Part shown: positions 1-14,042 of the stretch, one piece after another
How positions within the stretch are numbered: position 1 is the stretch's first letter
How the letters are laid out: each line of letters begins with the position of its first letter
Notes under the pieces: model-generated
What the model was told of the DNA's origin: nothing
The model's input: only the letters and a program-made list of their open reading frames with translations
The model's database searches: none
Assembly (NCBI GenBank): GCA_025558095.1
Contig: JAIVFI010000016.1
Location: 372,001-436,000, forward strand
Origin: Hyaloraphidium curvatum SAG 235-1
Taxonomy: Eukaryota > Fungi > Monoblepharomycota
Reading direction: 5' to 3'
Length of the DNA stretch: 64,000 nt
Translations under genes and position numbers: made by a program

Positions 1-3000
1 TACCCCGGGGCAAGGAAGATGCGCTGCAGACCGCAGAGATCAGTCGCGGGTCCAGCCCGCGCACAGCAACCACGCCCACCTCGTGCGAGGAGCCCGTCGC
101 GCCCGGGAACTGGTACACGAGGTAGTAGCAGTTGGGCCCGTCCTGCCCCGCGGGGCACAGCGCGTACGCCGCCTGGCGCGGGTTGTTGAGCACCACCTGC
201 CGCACCCACTGCTCCGTCTCGGGCAGCGTCTTGCCCTGCCGGTACTTGGGGTGGCGGTTCATCTCCTTGGCCTTCTCGCGGATCGGATCCACGTAGACCG
301 TGAGGAGATGGTCCAGGTCCTCGAACGGCGAAGCCGACTTCATGTCCCGGATCTGCCACTTGGGGACGCCGCCCTGCACCACCTTGCTGATGGCTGGGGA
401 AGCCGGGGCGAACAAAGTCAGCCGGAACCCACCACGGAGCAGGAATGCAACGCACGGATGTGCCAGAAGATGTTCTCGTCCGTCTTCATCACCACCACGA
501 GGTCCCCGATCTTGGCCGACGGCCGCAAGAGCATCTCGCCGACCGCCTTGCCCGCGAGCTCCTTCTGGCTCAGGTCGGCCGTGAGGTCCTTGCGGTAGAG
601 CGGGTGGTTGACGTTCTCCATCGCCTGGCTGGCCACGCGACGCCGCTGCTCGTCCTCGCGCTTCTTGGCCTCTTCTTTCTCCCTGTACGGGTTGAAGAAC
701 TCGTCCCGCCTGGCCGCCGCGTCCTGCTGCCACCTTGCCAGCGTGTCGACGTTGACCTCGAACTTCGGAGCCTCGGTCATCACGCTGACGTCGAAGCCCT
801 CCTTCTTCCAGTCCAGCGCCAGGATGTCGCGCACGACGACGCGGGCCGTGTGACCCTCCTGGACGTCCTTGAGGTTCTCGTCGGCGGGATCAAAGACTTC
901 GATGACGCCCTCGACGCCGCCGGGGAGCTCGACGTAGATGCGCTTCTCGAGCTTCTTGCGCACCGTGGCCAGGAGCGGGCAGTTGGGGAAGAACTTGGAG
1001 ACCGGCTCCTTGGTCAGCATGAAGAACAGCTCTGAGATGTTGGGGTACAGCTGGGTGAGCGTCCGCGAGTCGCCGTAGGGGCTCTGGAGCTCGGCCTTGA
1101 TGTCCACGAGCGTCTGCTTCTTGAGCTCGTTGTTGCGCTTCTCGAGCTCGTCCGCGTAGCCGTCGAGGTCGAGCTCGTTGAGCTTGCTCGTGATGTCCTT
1201 GGACGCCATCAGCTCCTCGACGTACTGCGACGGCTGTTCGTCGTCCTCGGCCAGATCGTCCGCATCCACCGCGTCGGCAGCCATCTGCCGCGCGAGCGCG
1301 TAGTCCTTGACGTGTATGCGCGTGTCGTCCAGGACGTCGATGTGCGCATTCCGCCGGCCAAAGTGGTACTTGCGGATCCGGATGAAGCTGTTGCAGTTGA
1401 AAAAGACGTTGGGTCCCACGACCTTCTCCGTGACCAGGTCCTGCCGGCTCTCGAGGCCCGGCAGCTGCTTCTCCTCCACGATCCTCGCCAGCTTGGCCAG
1501 GATGGCGCCGGCTTTGCGCGGCCCGAGGCCGCTGACGTACTGCAGCGTGTGAGCCCTGTGCCGGTGCTTGATGGCTGCGTTGATGTCCACGCCGACCCTT
1601 CCCACCGCGTTGATGATGGCGCGCTCCAAGTTGCGCACGAGCAGGTCCGCGGGAGCCGAGGACTGGCGCTCGTACAGCTTCACCTTGGTGATGTCCTGGT
1701 TCTGGTTGAAGAGCGAGGCGTAGGCCATGACGGGGTCCTGCGCCTTGCGCGCCAGGCCGATGCAGTACCGGAGAGTCTCGTTGTACTCCCGGAACTCCGC
1801 CTTGGCCTCGGCCGAATTCTTCCAGATTTGCGCCGTATCGTCCGTGACCCAGTGGATCTCCAGGTGCTGCAAGAAGGTGTGGCTCTTGCGGACCTTATCC
1901 ACCTGGTCCTGCACGTCCTGGAAGAGCCGCATGGCACCGACCGTCGACGCAGCCATGACCACCACATCCGGCCGCGAGCTGACCAAGAACTCGGCCAGGC
2001 GCTCCAGGTCCGCCTGCTTTGGCGCCTTGGCCGGCTCCGGCGGGAACCCGGGACGGTCCAGAAAGGCGGCGCTCTGAGCCACGCTCTGGTCGCGCCCTCG
2101 GTCCTGCATACGAGCCAGCTGGATAAAGTTCGCGACCAAGCCGTCCTCGTCCAGCGTGACGGCAAAGGTCGTGGCGTTCCGCCCGCCATCTCCCCAGCTC
2201 ACGGCGGCAACGCGACAGTCGCGGCGCGACCGGTCCTCCTCCTCTTCATCGTCATCCGACTCGGTATCGGACGCCCTCCCGCGCGACGTGGTCTTCTCCT
2301 TCTTCTTGCGCATGAAGGGCGCGGCGGTGAGCTTCACGGCCAGCTGCGTCTGGCACTCCCTGCAGATGGTCTCGGTCGCTTCCGTGAGCAGCTTGTTCTT
2401 TAGCCACTTTGAAGCGTCCGCGGAGACGGCATGGAGCGCGAGCTGCAGCACCTCCTTCCTCTGCCGATTCCAGATCTTGGCAACGTCCGAAGTGTTCTCC
2501 GACTCGATGAACCTCTCCAGCGTGTTGACCCACTGGGCCCTGTCGGAAATGTCCACCTCGATCGTGACCAACCCTTCCGCGGCGGCTCGAGATATGAGCG
2601 CAAACTGGCCCTTTAGAGCTTCGTTGCGGTCGCCCTTGGTGTTGTAGCCGACGTTGCCCGACCGGAAAGCGGCGACGGGCTTCTCGTTGATGTACTTGAA
2701 GCTTGCGTATTCATGGTCGTCCCCGATGATGTCCCGGCCCTTGGCGGTCGCCGCAACGTTGATGACGGCCGACTCTTCGAACTTGCGCCGCACGATGGCG
2801 CGGAATCGGGGATGCGCCGCGATCTCCTCCGCCAGATGCTTGTTTGCAACGGCGAGAAGCAGCTCCGGTCGCTTGTACTTGGCGTTCGTGTGCCGCGCCA
2901 TGGCCTCCAGTGGCTCGACGGCGTCGTCTTCCGGGAAGCAATACTTCCGATCCATGTCGCAGCTGCGCACGAAACTGTCCACGTCGATGTGGTAGTGCTG

Positions 3001-4795
3001 GAAGTTTCCCGGGGCAACGTGAGACCATGCCGGCGAGCAAAAGCCGTCCGCTCCCTACCTGTGTCACTTCGCCGATGCCCTGGTTCTGCGCCAGCTCGTA
3101 CGACGTGGGGTGGGTCTTCGCAGCAGGCCGCCCTTCGAGCTCGTCAAGCTTGCGGAGTTCCCTGCCATAGTGGAGGAAGATGTACTTGCGCACATCCTGC
3201 ACGCCCTCCACCGTGTCGATGAACTCGGAAAACGAGTCGATTACGTGGTCCACCGCCGCCCGCCCTGCGGCTGCTTCGCGCACGCGGTTCACGAGCGTTT
3301 CCAGCTCCTTCAGGCGCGCCGACCGCGCTTGGTACGCCAAGTCCATGTCAAAAACCCGCCACAGGGCTTCGGGGTCCTGGCCCAGGTACGACACCCAGTA
3401 GTCCTTGCGGTGTGCCGCCAGGAAAGGCACCTCCATGAAGTGGTTCTCCTCTCCGCGCATGAACCACAGCAGCCGGCGAATGACCTCCACCATCCTCGAG
3501 TCCGCCTCGATCGCGCCCATGCCCGGGTTCATCTCCTGCCTCCATTGGCGCGCGAGTGCGATGGCCTCGTCCTCCAGATCTTCCTCGGACTTGGCCGGCA
3601 TGTACGCCTGGTTCTGGTCCATCTGAAGCAGCTGCGGGGACGGACGGACGCGTTCGGACGGGATGCCCATGGCGACGGCCAAACCACACGTTACCTGGAA
3701 GCGCTCGGGAATGTCCGTTTTCCGTATGAGCTCGTCCTTCTCCGTCAGCATCTTCTCCACGAGCACGGTCGGTTCGTAAATGTCCGTCAGCTTGAGGCTC
3801 TGCACCGCCGGGCGCAATTCCTCGTCCTCCTCGAGGTAGTCGTCGTCGCCTGCAGGCTTCCCAGCGGCGGCCTGATTGCAACGAGCGTGAGAGGAGGGAG
3901 AGCCAGTTGCCCGGCGCGACGCACCTTCTTCTTGAGCTTCTGGATGTGCTCAAAGTACGTGTCGTCGCCGAAAACCTCGACCAAGAAGCGGTAGGTCTCC
4001 TCGTCCACGCCCGACATGGCCGCATTGTCCCTCATCTTCTGCGACTCCTGCCTGCGCATCCGTCGCCGGCGCTCCATGAGCTCCTGCTCGTCGCCCGACT
4101 GCTGCTCGTCGTCGACGATGAAGTCGTCCATCTCATCGCGCTCCGACAGGCTCTCCCGCTCGTCGGCATCCCCGTCTCGGAAGATGGCCTCGTTCAGGTT
4201 GTCATCGTCGCGCCCGCGGTCCGGCGAGGGGCTGCGCGACGAGGCCCGGTGCCGCTTGATGCGGCGCTTCTGGCCCGTGTTGGCCGCGATGAGCTCCAGA
4301 TCCTCCTCATCGACGTCGTCCTCGTCGTCCTCGTTCTCGTCCGAGTCGCGATCCCGGCCCCGTTTCCTCGAGCCGCCGTCCCTCCGGCCGCGCCCGCCGT
4401 CCGACGCGTCGCTCTCCTCCACCTCATCGTCGCCGACCACGAACCGCTTGTCCTCCTCCGTCACGTGCTCATCCAAGTCCTCGTCCTCCTCGTCCCTGCA
4501 GCGAAGCGACCACGGGGAGCGTTAGACGCGGAGCTGGGCCCGGTGGACGTTTGGGAACCCACTCCTCGTCCGAGTAGAGCTGCATTGGCAGGAGGGACCC
4601 GGCAATTCAGCAACGGACCGCCGCAGACGCCGAGCAACCCACCCCGGGCTTCTTCCTGGACGGGCGCGAGACCTCCTCGCCCTCGTCGTCCGAGTCGACC
4701 CTGCGCTTCTGCGGCCTGTCGTCCTCCCCGCTATCCCGCTCCGGCGACCGCTCCCGCTCGCGCTCTCCGCGGTCGGAGCCCTCGGGGCTCGACAT
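1..4795 (-). CDS. SPT6: Transcription elongation factor / histone chaperone Spt6 (multi-exon, 3' end runs off the window)
   Basis: Acidic N-terminus (DDVDEEDLELIAANTG, DDFIVDD), DIYEP..L...MLT..D..IR..DIPERFQ, YqgF-like core, HhH motif LQYVSGLGPRKA, LDDTRIH, S1-like region and SH2 start (GEMLLRPS). ORFs 3787-4476, 2711-3817 and 418-2982 are joined by short introns; ATG at 4795. Confidence 0.95.
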
Positions 4796-4936
4796 CGCAG
4801 CGCAGCGGCCGGCAGCGGGTGGAGTTTGGGAGGAGGTGGGTGCCCGCGGATTTTCGTAGTCACCGCAGCCTAGCGCCTTTCCACCCGCCCTCCACCAGCG
4901 TGCAGGCACCGCAATAGTCACCGCCCGCCCTTCGCG

Positions 4937-5881
4937 ATGTTCGCCGCCACGTTGCTCCGCCGCTCCGCCGCGGTGGTCCCCCGCCGTGCCTTCTCGCTCT
5001 CGGCGCGCGCCCGTGGGTGCGGGATGCCGCGCGAGGCGCCGCGCTTCTGACCGGCGCCATCCACCGCATCCACACGGCCGCCGCACGTCCCTAACCTCGC
5101 TTGGCGCAATCCTCTTTGCTTCGACGTTCCATGCTTGTGCCGGGGACTTTGGGGGCCCCTGCTCCGCCCTGCGGCACGGTGCGCCACCCGGCACCCGCAT
5201 TAGTCGCTGGAGCACCGTCGTCGAAGAACCTCGCCCTGCCCCTCGGCGACGGTCACGTGGAAGGTGTGATTGCCCGGTCGGCTGCTGGGATCCGGGTGAT
5301 TAACCGGTGGTGTTGCCGGAACTCGCGGTGCTTCTTCTCGGACCGTCCCGCTGGGCAGACGTCCACGGCCTGAGGTGACGTCTGCCGGCCTGCACAGGCC
5401 TGGGATGCGGTTGCTCATGTTCGTTCCCATTCAGCGAGCCGGTGTACGACAGCGTTCCCGGCTTCGGCGAGCCCGGCAAGATCCCGACCAACTACGAGAT
5501 TGCCGTCGGCATGGAACGGTTCGAGATGCTGCAGAAGCTCGACGGCAAGGTCACCTTCGACCACCTGGTGCCCATCGTCGCGGAGCGCAAGCCCACGCGC
5601 AAGGACCCCTTGGTCGTCAGGGGTGTGGACCACGAGGCGTACATCGGCTGCTCCGGTGCGTGCCCTGTCTGGACGCCGTCTCCCCTTGACCAACGAAGCC
5701 CTTGATGCAGGATTCCCGGCCGAAAGCCACGAGCCCGTCTGGCTGACGCTCAAGGACAACGGCTACGTGTACCGCTGCCCGGCCTGCGGCTCTGCTGTGA
5801 GTCCCGCGGGAGCCGCTCGCACGATCCTGCTAACCTATGGATCGGCAGTACAAGTACGAGGACATTACCCACCACCACTGA
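4937..5881 (+). CDS. COX4: Cytochrome c oxidase subunit 4 (fungal) / Vb, multi-exon
   Basis: Mitochondrial presequence MFAATLLRRSAAVVPRRAFSLSAR; PG.IPTNYEIAVGMERFE; Zn ligands IGCSG, ESHEPVW, YRCPACGS; stop TGA 5879-5881. Internal exon boundaries uncertain. Confidence 0.88.
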
Positions 5882-6125
5882 GCAGCCGCCGGGATTGGGG
5901 CGCGCTTTGGGGACGGCTCTATTTGCCGCTGCTGATGCCATCAGGATGTACTGCTAGGGGGTCAAGAGACTTTATCACACGATTTCGCTGGCTGCATGTA
6001 GATGGTATCGGTCGCGTCCGCCTAGAAGGGCGGTTCTGCTGATTGGGCTGTCCGCCGTGCGAAACGGAGGACACGCAACCTTCGCAGACTGCCCAATGTG
6101 ACCTCTGGACGGCGCCTCCCGCACA

Positions 6126-9100
6126 ATGGACTATGTTGCCCGCGCCTTTGGGCGGCTTATGCCGTCCATCGTACAGCGGCGGCTGGTCAAGTTTGTCCTC
6201 AAGGTGTGGCGATGCCGGGACGGAACGTGGACCGCGGTCCAACGCGCACCGCTGCAGCAAACCTTCGGCTCCCTCTTCGGCTCCGATGTCGATCTGGAGA
6301 ACGTTGATGTCGAGCTCGCCGACGGACACGTGGTTCTGCGGGACCTGGAGCTGAACGTCGAGGTGAAGCCATGTGACCGCTGTCACCCGGAGCTCTGAAC
6401 CCCGGAACTCGGACCGCAGAACCTGAATGCCTCCCTCGAACATGCTCCGATTGCCGTCGTATCCGCAAAGCTGGACCACGTGCGCGTTCAGATCCCCTGG
6501 GGTGATCTGGCGGAGGGGAGGGTGCTGGTTGAGGTGCAGGGACTCGAGGTTGTCGCGGAACCAAAGCTGCCCCAGGACGAGGCCGGTGGGGGGGCTGCGA
6601 TTGGAGCGCTACGAATTCCTGCTTACGTGCCGTCGTTCGCAGACATGTTCAAGTCGGCCTACAGCACGCACATGTCGGCCAGCATGCACCTGGCGGAAGA
6701 GTTCTTGGACGCGGAGGGGATGCCGGAGGACTTCGATCGAGCGTCTCCGCCCGGTGGAACGAGTGCGGATGCGGAAGCCGGGGGTTCCAGCTTGGGATCG
6801 GACTTTGGAGGCCTCGAGTCGCTTGCTGACTTTATCGACGGTGTTTTCGGGCGAAGCGAGGTGTCCATACGGAACACATCGGCCGTCTTGCGGATGCAGG
6901 ACGGATCGGGCACGGGCTTTCGAATTGGTGTGGGCGAGGTCACCGTGTCGGGCGAGGTCCTTCAGGATCCAAGCTATCGGCGACCAGGTGGGGCTGCGAA
7001 GGCAGCACGACGGTCGGCGTTTGTGGCCGGCATCCAGCTCGCTGTCTTCGGTCCATCCGCCTCTGCCTCTGGGCAGACTCCGCACGGCGACTTTGTCGTG
7101 CTGGCGTCCCCGGAACGCAGCAGGATCGAGGTCGACGCGGACTACGAAAGGGAGCTCTGCAAAGGCGGAGATTCCAACGTCGCGGATTTTCGGTACAGGT
7201 GGAAGCTTGCAGCCCGTTTGCCGCTGTTCTTTGCCCGATTGCAGCCCTCGGTCTTGCGCACGGTGCTCCATGCGATATCGAGTCATGCATCTCCGGGACC
7301 GTCTGCTTCTGATTCTGCCTCTGGAGCCTACGCGCAAAGCGTATCGCACCGCGAGCAGGAGAACTTCCCAGGTATTGAGATCGCAATGGGCGGTCTGGAA
7401 GCTTTCGTGGCGTTCGAGGATGGGCTGGATTGGCTGGTCGCGGGCGACTTTTTTGAAGTTTGCTCTTCCTTGCCTGCAAACCGCGCTTTCGGAGGCCGAT
7501 CCGATCACCTCCACCTTCGGTTGCAAAAGGCTGGTTTGAGTTTGTCTCCGGACCGTCTACGGTTGGACCTCGGCGATCTCGAACTGCGAGACTGGAGAGG
7601 TCGGACATTCGTCAAGATTCTTGAGATGTCGTCCTCTCCTGGGGCCTTTGATGTGAACGCTGATGGCTCTCTGCCTGCGGCCGAACGAGAGTTCCTTTTT
7701 CCCAAAGCAACGGGACGGAGACTGACATCTCCTACACCCGCACGGCCCCCCGTCGTCGTTGTGGATCTCGATCGCAAACCAGCTGTGGCCGGCTCGCCTG
7801 GCACTGCGTCTCCCGCCAGTCAGGTGGCAGTTTCGCTGGCTGCGTTGAGGTTTCGGCTGGATCCCACAATGTGGCAGCGAATTCAGACTCTGTGGCAGGC
7901 ATGCAGATTCACCGATGCCGCCCGGTCATCTCTGGACTCGGCTTCCGACTCTGACGAAGAGAGCAGCATATCACCTCCTTTTCAATCGCTTTATGCTCCG
8001 CGCTGGGAGTGTCAGATCGATTGCCCATCGTTTTCCATGTGGTTGTTTGGTGGAGCGATTGAAGGTCCCACTCGGGCAGGCCCCAAGGATGGCGCCGCCG
8101 TTTGGCTCACGACGACATCGCTTTCCTTGACGATGGGCCGCGGAGCCGGGCTAGGAACGTTTGGATGGGCTCCCCACCTGGCAGTCGCCACCGATGATCT
8201 CTCCGTGTCTGTTGTCTCTTATTTGGATGGCACGGCGGGAATCGGTGCGGTTCGTTCCCTGGTTTCTGTCGGTCGCAGCCCCGGGAGTGAATCAAGGGCG
8301 ACGCTTGAGGTTCTCGGCGTCCCTGCAACGAGTGCTGAACCGGAATCTGCCGGCGGCTACTCCATACGTGGTTCAACAGCTGGAACGCAAATGCTGCGCT
8401 CGTGGTACGACTTGACCGGCAGGGATCGGAGTCCGAGCGCTGCAACAGAAAGTGGCTACGAGGACGCCCCGGTCAGCAGCCAAAGTCCGGGCGGACCAGA
8501 GACCATTGGCTCGCGGCTCCAGTTTCGGCTACGGTGCCCTGCGATTGTCGCTAGCGCTAGCGACGAGGCAGTGCGCGAGGTGCTAAGCTTTTCAGAGCAC
8601 TGGCGGGGCATTTTGTTCTCTGAAAGTGCGACAGCGCCGCACAATGCAACGCAGTCGTCGGACCGTGGATCGAACGTGGTTTTGCTGGTGCACGTCGAGA
8701 ACGGTGAGTGGGGCCAGTTTGATTCTTCCCGTAGCCTGATCTGGAGCGGTACCCCTAGCTACTCTGAGGTACACAAGCCCGAGGACTGCGCGGCTGTACG
8801 TTGCGCAACTCGAAGGATGTTCGGTCGAGTATGGAAACGGCTCTTTCAAGGTTGGCGTCGATGCGCTGGAAGTTTTGGAGCTGGACGGCACTGCGAAGGA
8901 CTCCTTTGCTGCTTTCCTGTCTCTCGTGAGTGGCACAGTGGATGTGAAACCGTCGTCGAACGAGATCAAGGTCGTCATGCGACTCGGAAGTCTTTCGGCG
9001 GGAGTGGAATCGTGGAGCGCACTTGTCGAAGACCTAGGCGCATTGCATGACTGGAGCAGCGACGGACGGTCCCAGCTTTCAGGGGACATCAAGCCCGTCG

Positions 9101-11498
9101 CCTTCGACATGCAGGTGCTTCACATCGAGTTCCAACATCCTGCAAGCGCGTGTTCAATCATTGCCGTCGTCTGGGCGCGGGCCCTTTACGTCAGCGGATC
9201 CCGAACCGGATCGGGGGTGTTCAGCTCCGGAAGCCTAGCGGGTGCCACGCTCTTGATCAAGGAGGAACTGTCATCGAAGCGAGGCAGCCGCCGTGTACCT
9301 GGTCTTGCTCGACCTCCCCGAGACCCACTTACATCCGTCGGCTCGGAGCCGTGGAGAGAACGAGGGCTAACCGACGTGGCACACATTCTTGACGTTGCTT
9401 GCACTTTCGCAGCCGCCGAGGGAGATGTGAAGGTGAATCGTCTCGCGATACGCTCGTCCTTTCTAACGAAAGCACAGGCCGACGTTTCGCGAGGAAGCAT
9501 GTCTTTGGAAACCTGCGCTGACTCGTACGCCAGCTTGCTGGCTTTGGTGGACTACGTAGCAGCACTCTTCGCGGAGAAGGCGTAGGTTTCCGCTTTGACC
9601 TGAGCCCCGAATGCCCGTCGATTATTCCTCAGTCCCAGTGCTTCGCGAGCGCCGGCCGAACGACTCCATCTGGCAAGGTGGAATCCGAGTAGCACGGGCA
9701 ACGACGTTTTCGGTGAGCTCAGCAGTGCCCTGCTTGAGGCTTCTCACAGACGTACCCATCGGTTTGACAGGCGATGTCGACGATTCTGCCTTTGCTCCAT
9801 CTTCCGCGACCACCGCAAACCCAGTGGATCCATTTCCGGACACTCTCAACATAATCGAGGACTTCTACGCCGCGAGCAATCATGGAGGGTCGCACCAGGA
9901 AGGAGGGGAATTCGCAGCCCGGATGCACGTCAACGAGGTTGACTTTGCCGGTGACGACTCGGATGCGCAGGGAGTGGGAGATTACCTGCCGCTGCCCATC
10001 GTTGATGCGTTCTTCTCTCCTGCATTCGCACGGCGTGTTCCGGATGCGGGCTCGGAGCAGTATCCCCGCCGTTGCATCAGAATCCGCGACATCGCCTTCT
10101 CGTGGCGCCTTTTCGGCGGCTACGATTGGCCTTTTGTGCGATCATTGGTAGCTAAATCGGGGCCAAATGCCGCTTTGTTTCCGGCGACTTCCCGATCGGC
10201 TTCTCCGCTCATTGAACTCAACGTTTCTGGCATTTGCCTGGACGTCGCAACGCTTGTGGGACCAAAAGTCTCCGCATCCACAGCGGCTTTCCGCGTTCGG
10301 GAATTGGTGGTCAACGACAATGTCGCGACGTCGACGTGGTCAACGATGGTCACGAGCGACGATCCAGACAGCCACGATCATCCGCGAGAAACCGACGAGG
10401 CCACTCTGAAGATTAGTGCTGTGCGTTTTCGGCGCGATGCGGAACCAGATGAGCTGCGGCTCAAGGTAAGCAACTCACCCGGCGCCGTTGTTCGCGCCCA
10501 GCTGAACCTCCGTTGATGCGGCAGGCACACCTTGCACCATTGCGACTCCACATCGACCAGGACACCCTGGACGTTGCGGTCAACTTCTTTTCCTTCGTCG
10601 GCCAGCATTCACACCAGGCTTCGGCAACCCCTGTAGCGGTCGACGAGCCCCCTTTCATCCAGTCGTGCGACGTCTATCCTCTGTTGGTCACCCTGGACTA
10701 TAAGCCGAAGCGCTTGGATGTGGGCAGCCTGACGGACGGCAACGTAGCCGAAGTTGCCAATTTGTTCCATCTCACGGACGCGAAGATGGAGATGGGCTTT
10801 GTCCGCGTCGGAGGGGTGCGTATCGACAGCGAGCCGGAGCTGCCCATGCGAGCAACTCACGATGTGTCGTGCAGATCAGCGGATGGGCAAGACTCGTCGA
10901 GGAAGTGGCAAGGCGATGGTTGCCGCATGTCTTGTCCAGCGGCGTTCCCGGGGTGGTCAAGGGTGTCGCGCCGATACGGTCGGTAGTCAACATCGGAACG
11001 GGGGTTGCCGATCTCGTCCTTCTTCCGATCGAGCAGTTCAACCGGGACGGAAAGATCGTGCGCGGGATCCAAAAGGGCGCCATGTCTTTCGTCAAATTGG
11101 CTGGGGTCGAGGTCCTGAATGTGTCGAGCAACATTGCTCTCGGGACTCAAGGTGTGTGGAGCGCGGAGGGGAGACCACATGGCCTCATTCGCATTTCGGT
11201 AGCCCTCTTCCAACGCGCCGACGAGATGCTCGCGGGCGATCGGAGGCCCAGTGCCTCCGACTCTCGTTCGCGAGGCCGGGGGCTTGATTCGGCTCCGCGA
11301 TCCATCGCAGCGGACCTGCGAGAAGTGGCGAGCACCATTGTCGCCATTCCGGTCGACGTGCGAGAAGCGGCGAACTCGCACGGGATCGTGGAGCAGGTCG
11401 TTCGCGTCGTGCCGTTGGCGTTGGTGCGGCCTGCGGGGGCCGTGGCGGGCGCCGTTTCCTCGCTTTTGCAGGGTCTGAAGGATACTGTGTCGCATTGA
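6126..11498 (+). CDS. ATG2: Autophagy lipid-transfer protein Atg2 (multi-exon; 3' end approximate)
   Basis: Chorein_N-like start (MPSIVQRRLVKFVLK...LRDLELN...IPW), WRLFGGYDWP, DNVATSTW, LAPLRLHIDQDTLD..NFF, LDYKPKR, GVAPIRSVVNIGTGVADLVLLPIEQF..DGKIVRGIQKG. Confidence 0.92.
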
Positions 11499-11614
11499 GA
11501 ATTCATTCATCGTGCTGTTGCCGACGCCTCCACGGGGAATGCGCTTCTGGGTCCGGCGCATTTGCTGCTCCGCCCGCGGTCCCCAAAACAACAGCCCATC
11601 AGAGACCCCCGGCG

Positions 11615-14027
11615 ATGCCCCTCGTGCCGCGTGAGGCAACTTTGGCATCTCATGCAATTAATGCAACTAATGGGTTGCCGGCGCAGAGCTCCTCTTGCCT
11701 CCGCTACCAAGCACCGCGAGGTTTGCTCCGTTCAGGGCCTCTGTCAAAGTGCTGGACACATCTCCTCCTCCCCAGAGGCCAGCCACTGCGGATATCGGGA
11801 GACGATCAGGGCAAGTCAATTGTCTATTGCAATGGAAGATCGGTCGTCGTTCGGGACCTGGCGGTCAGTGGGAGGCACCGGAAGTCCTCGCCAGGGGACT
11901 GAACCCTGCACCGCCTATGTTGCTTCCAGGATACGAGCAAGTCGTGGCGGTTTACGGGACATTCGCAGACAGTAACCGCTGCGCGTTTCGCCCCGAGCGG
12001 CGCCTATATCGCGTCTGGGGGTGGGCTTCCGATTGCCTGAGGGAGTCTCTTGCTGAGGCGGGGTCTACCGTTCCGAAGATGCTGCCGGGAACCTAAAAGT
12101 GTGGGACGTTCTGGGAACCGATCACGTTGTGAAGCTGGAGCAACGGGTGCTAAGCTCTAGGATCAACGACATCGGTGGGTATGCCGCAAGTTTCCTTCGG
12201 CCTCGGTGTTCACGATCGTGGTCAGCTTGGGACTTTGAGAGCAAACGAATCGTCGTAGCTGGCGACGGAAAGGAAAGGTGGCGGGTGTTCGCGGTGACGC
12301 CCTGGCTCTGCTGACTCGGAACAGGTTCGGGCACGCTCTCCTCGTGGACACCGGATCCTCCGTAGGAGAAATTTCGGGTCACAGCAAGGCAATTAATGCC
12401 TGTGCCTTGCGTCCGATGCGGCCCTTCCGTGCCGTCACCGCCTCGGATGACATGACCGTCAACGTGTACAACGGCGTTCCGTACCGGTTCGCAAAGAGCT
12501 TGAAGGATCACACGCGCTTCGTGTACGACGTTCGCTTCTCTCCGGATGGAAAGTTTTTCGTTACGACTGGCGCGGACGGAAAGGTCTGGGAGCTCAACTG
12601 CCCAGCGACTTCACGCGGTTGATTCTTCCCCTGGTCAGATCTTTCTGTACGACGGAGACAGCGCTGAAAAGGTCGCGGAGTTGACTGCGGCCGCGGAGTC
12701 GCATACTGGCTCCATCTTCTCGTTGTGCTGGTCTCCGGACAGCAAGCAACTTATATCGTCGTCGGCGGACTGCTCCGTCAAGCTCTGGGATGTTGAGAAG
12801 CCGGCCGTCGTTCAGACTTGGAAACTCGGCGAATCCGGGGATGCCGGCGATCAGCAAGTCGGCAACTGGTGGCGGGGCGACCATCTCCTTTCCGTGTCTC
12901 TGCGGGGAGATATTAACTTTTTGAGCACGGCGTCACTGAAACCGACCAAGATGGTCGTCGTGGGTTGTTTTGTTCGTTCGCTAGATTGGACTTGACACCG
13001 TGGATCTGCCGAAACAGGGTCACCAGCGACCCGTCACCGCGCTCGCGGTCTGCGCCCCTGACACCTTTGTTTCTGGCTCTAGTGATGGGCGTATTCTCAA
13101 GTGGTCTGCAGAGGGTACCGCTGAGAACGTGCAAGGTGTTGGTCACACGAATCAAGTTGTGGGGCTCGCAAAAGCGGCCACGCAGGTCGTGAGCGCGGGG
13201 ATGGACGATTCGGCGCGCTTCATCGACGTCGAAAAGGGCGCTTTCACGTGGGTGGGACGCAGGGAAGGGAGGTCCGTGCTGGCTGACCTTTTGCCATCAG
13301 CCAAGCAAGCGTGCCCCTTAATGGCATCCCAAAGTCGCTTGCGGCGTCTGGGGACTTGAGCGTAGTTGTTTTGGCGAACAAGGCGGTCAGCATCGTCAAC
13401 AGCGCCCAGCAAAGCTCTATGGCCTTGAAGTTCCCCGGCACAGCGGTTGCAGTCAAGCCTGATGGTAGCGAAGTCGCCATCGGTGGTGAGGTGGGGCTTC
13501 AGACCGTCGCGCGCGACCGCATTGTCTCACGTGGATTTGCAGAATAACAAGGTTCACATCTTCAAAGCTGGAGCTGGGAAGCCCTTGGAAGATACTGGGC
13601 GGGTGTTTGAAGGCAACCGCTCTACCATTACAGCTTTGGCATACTCGCCGGACGGGAAACTGCTGCTGGCGGGCGACGGCCAGCGGGTGCTCGTCGTGTA
13701 CGACACGGAAACGGGAGCGGTAGGTTGGCACGAGGATCTTTGGTCCGCTTGCCTGAGTCGCGGCGCGCTTTGCAGGTCAAGATCGACACTTGGGTTTATC
13801 ACAACTCGCGGATCAACTCCGTCGCATGGTCCCCGGACGGGAAGCGGGCCGTCTCTGGCTCGTTAGATACCAACATCATCCTCTGGAACGCGGACAACCC
13901 GTCGCAAAAGGTCCAGCTCAAGAATGCCCACGTAGACGCCGTGAACTGCGTGTCGTTTCTGAGCGACAGTTCCATCGTTTCGGCAGGTCAGGATGGTGCT
14001 ATTCAGATCATTTCGATCACCCAATAG
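11615..14027 (+). CDS. AIP1: Actin-interacting protein 1 (WD40 repeat, WDR1), multi-exon
   Basis: Spliced N-terminus LPPLPSTARG, IVYCNGRSV, DTGSSVGEISGHSKAIN, RPFRAVTASDD, GVPYRF, HTRFVYDVRFSPDG, WVYHNSRINSVAWSPDG..SGSLDT. Confidence 0.92.
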
Positions 14028-14042
14028 ATACCAGTGAGATGA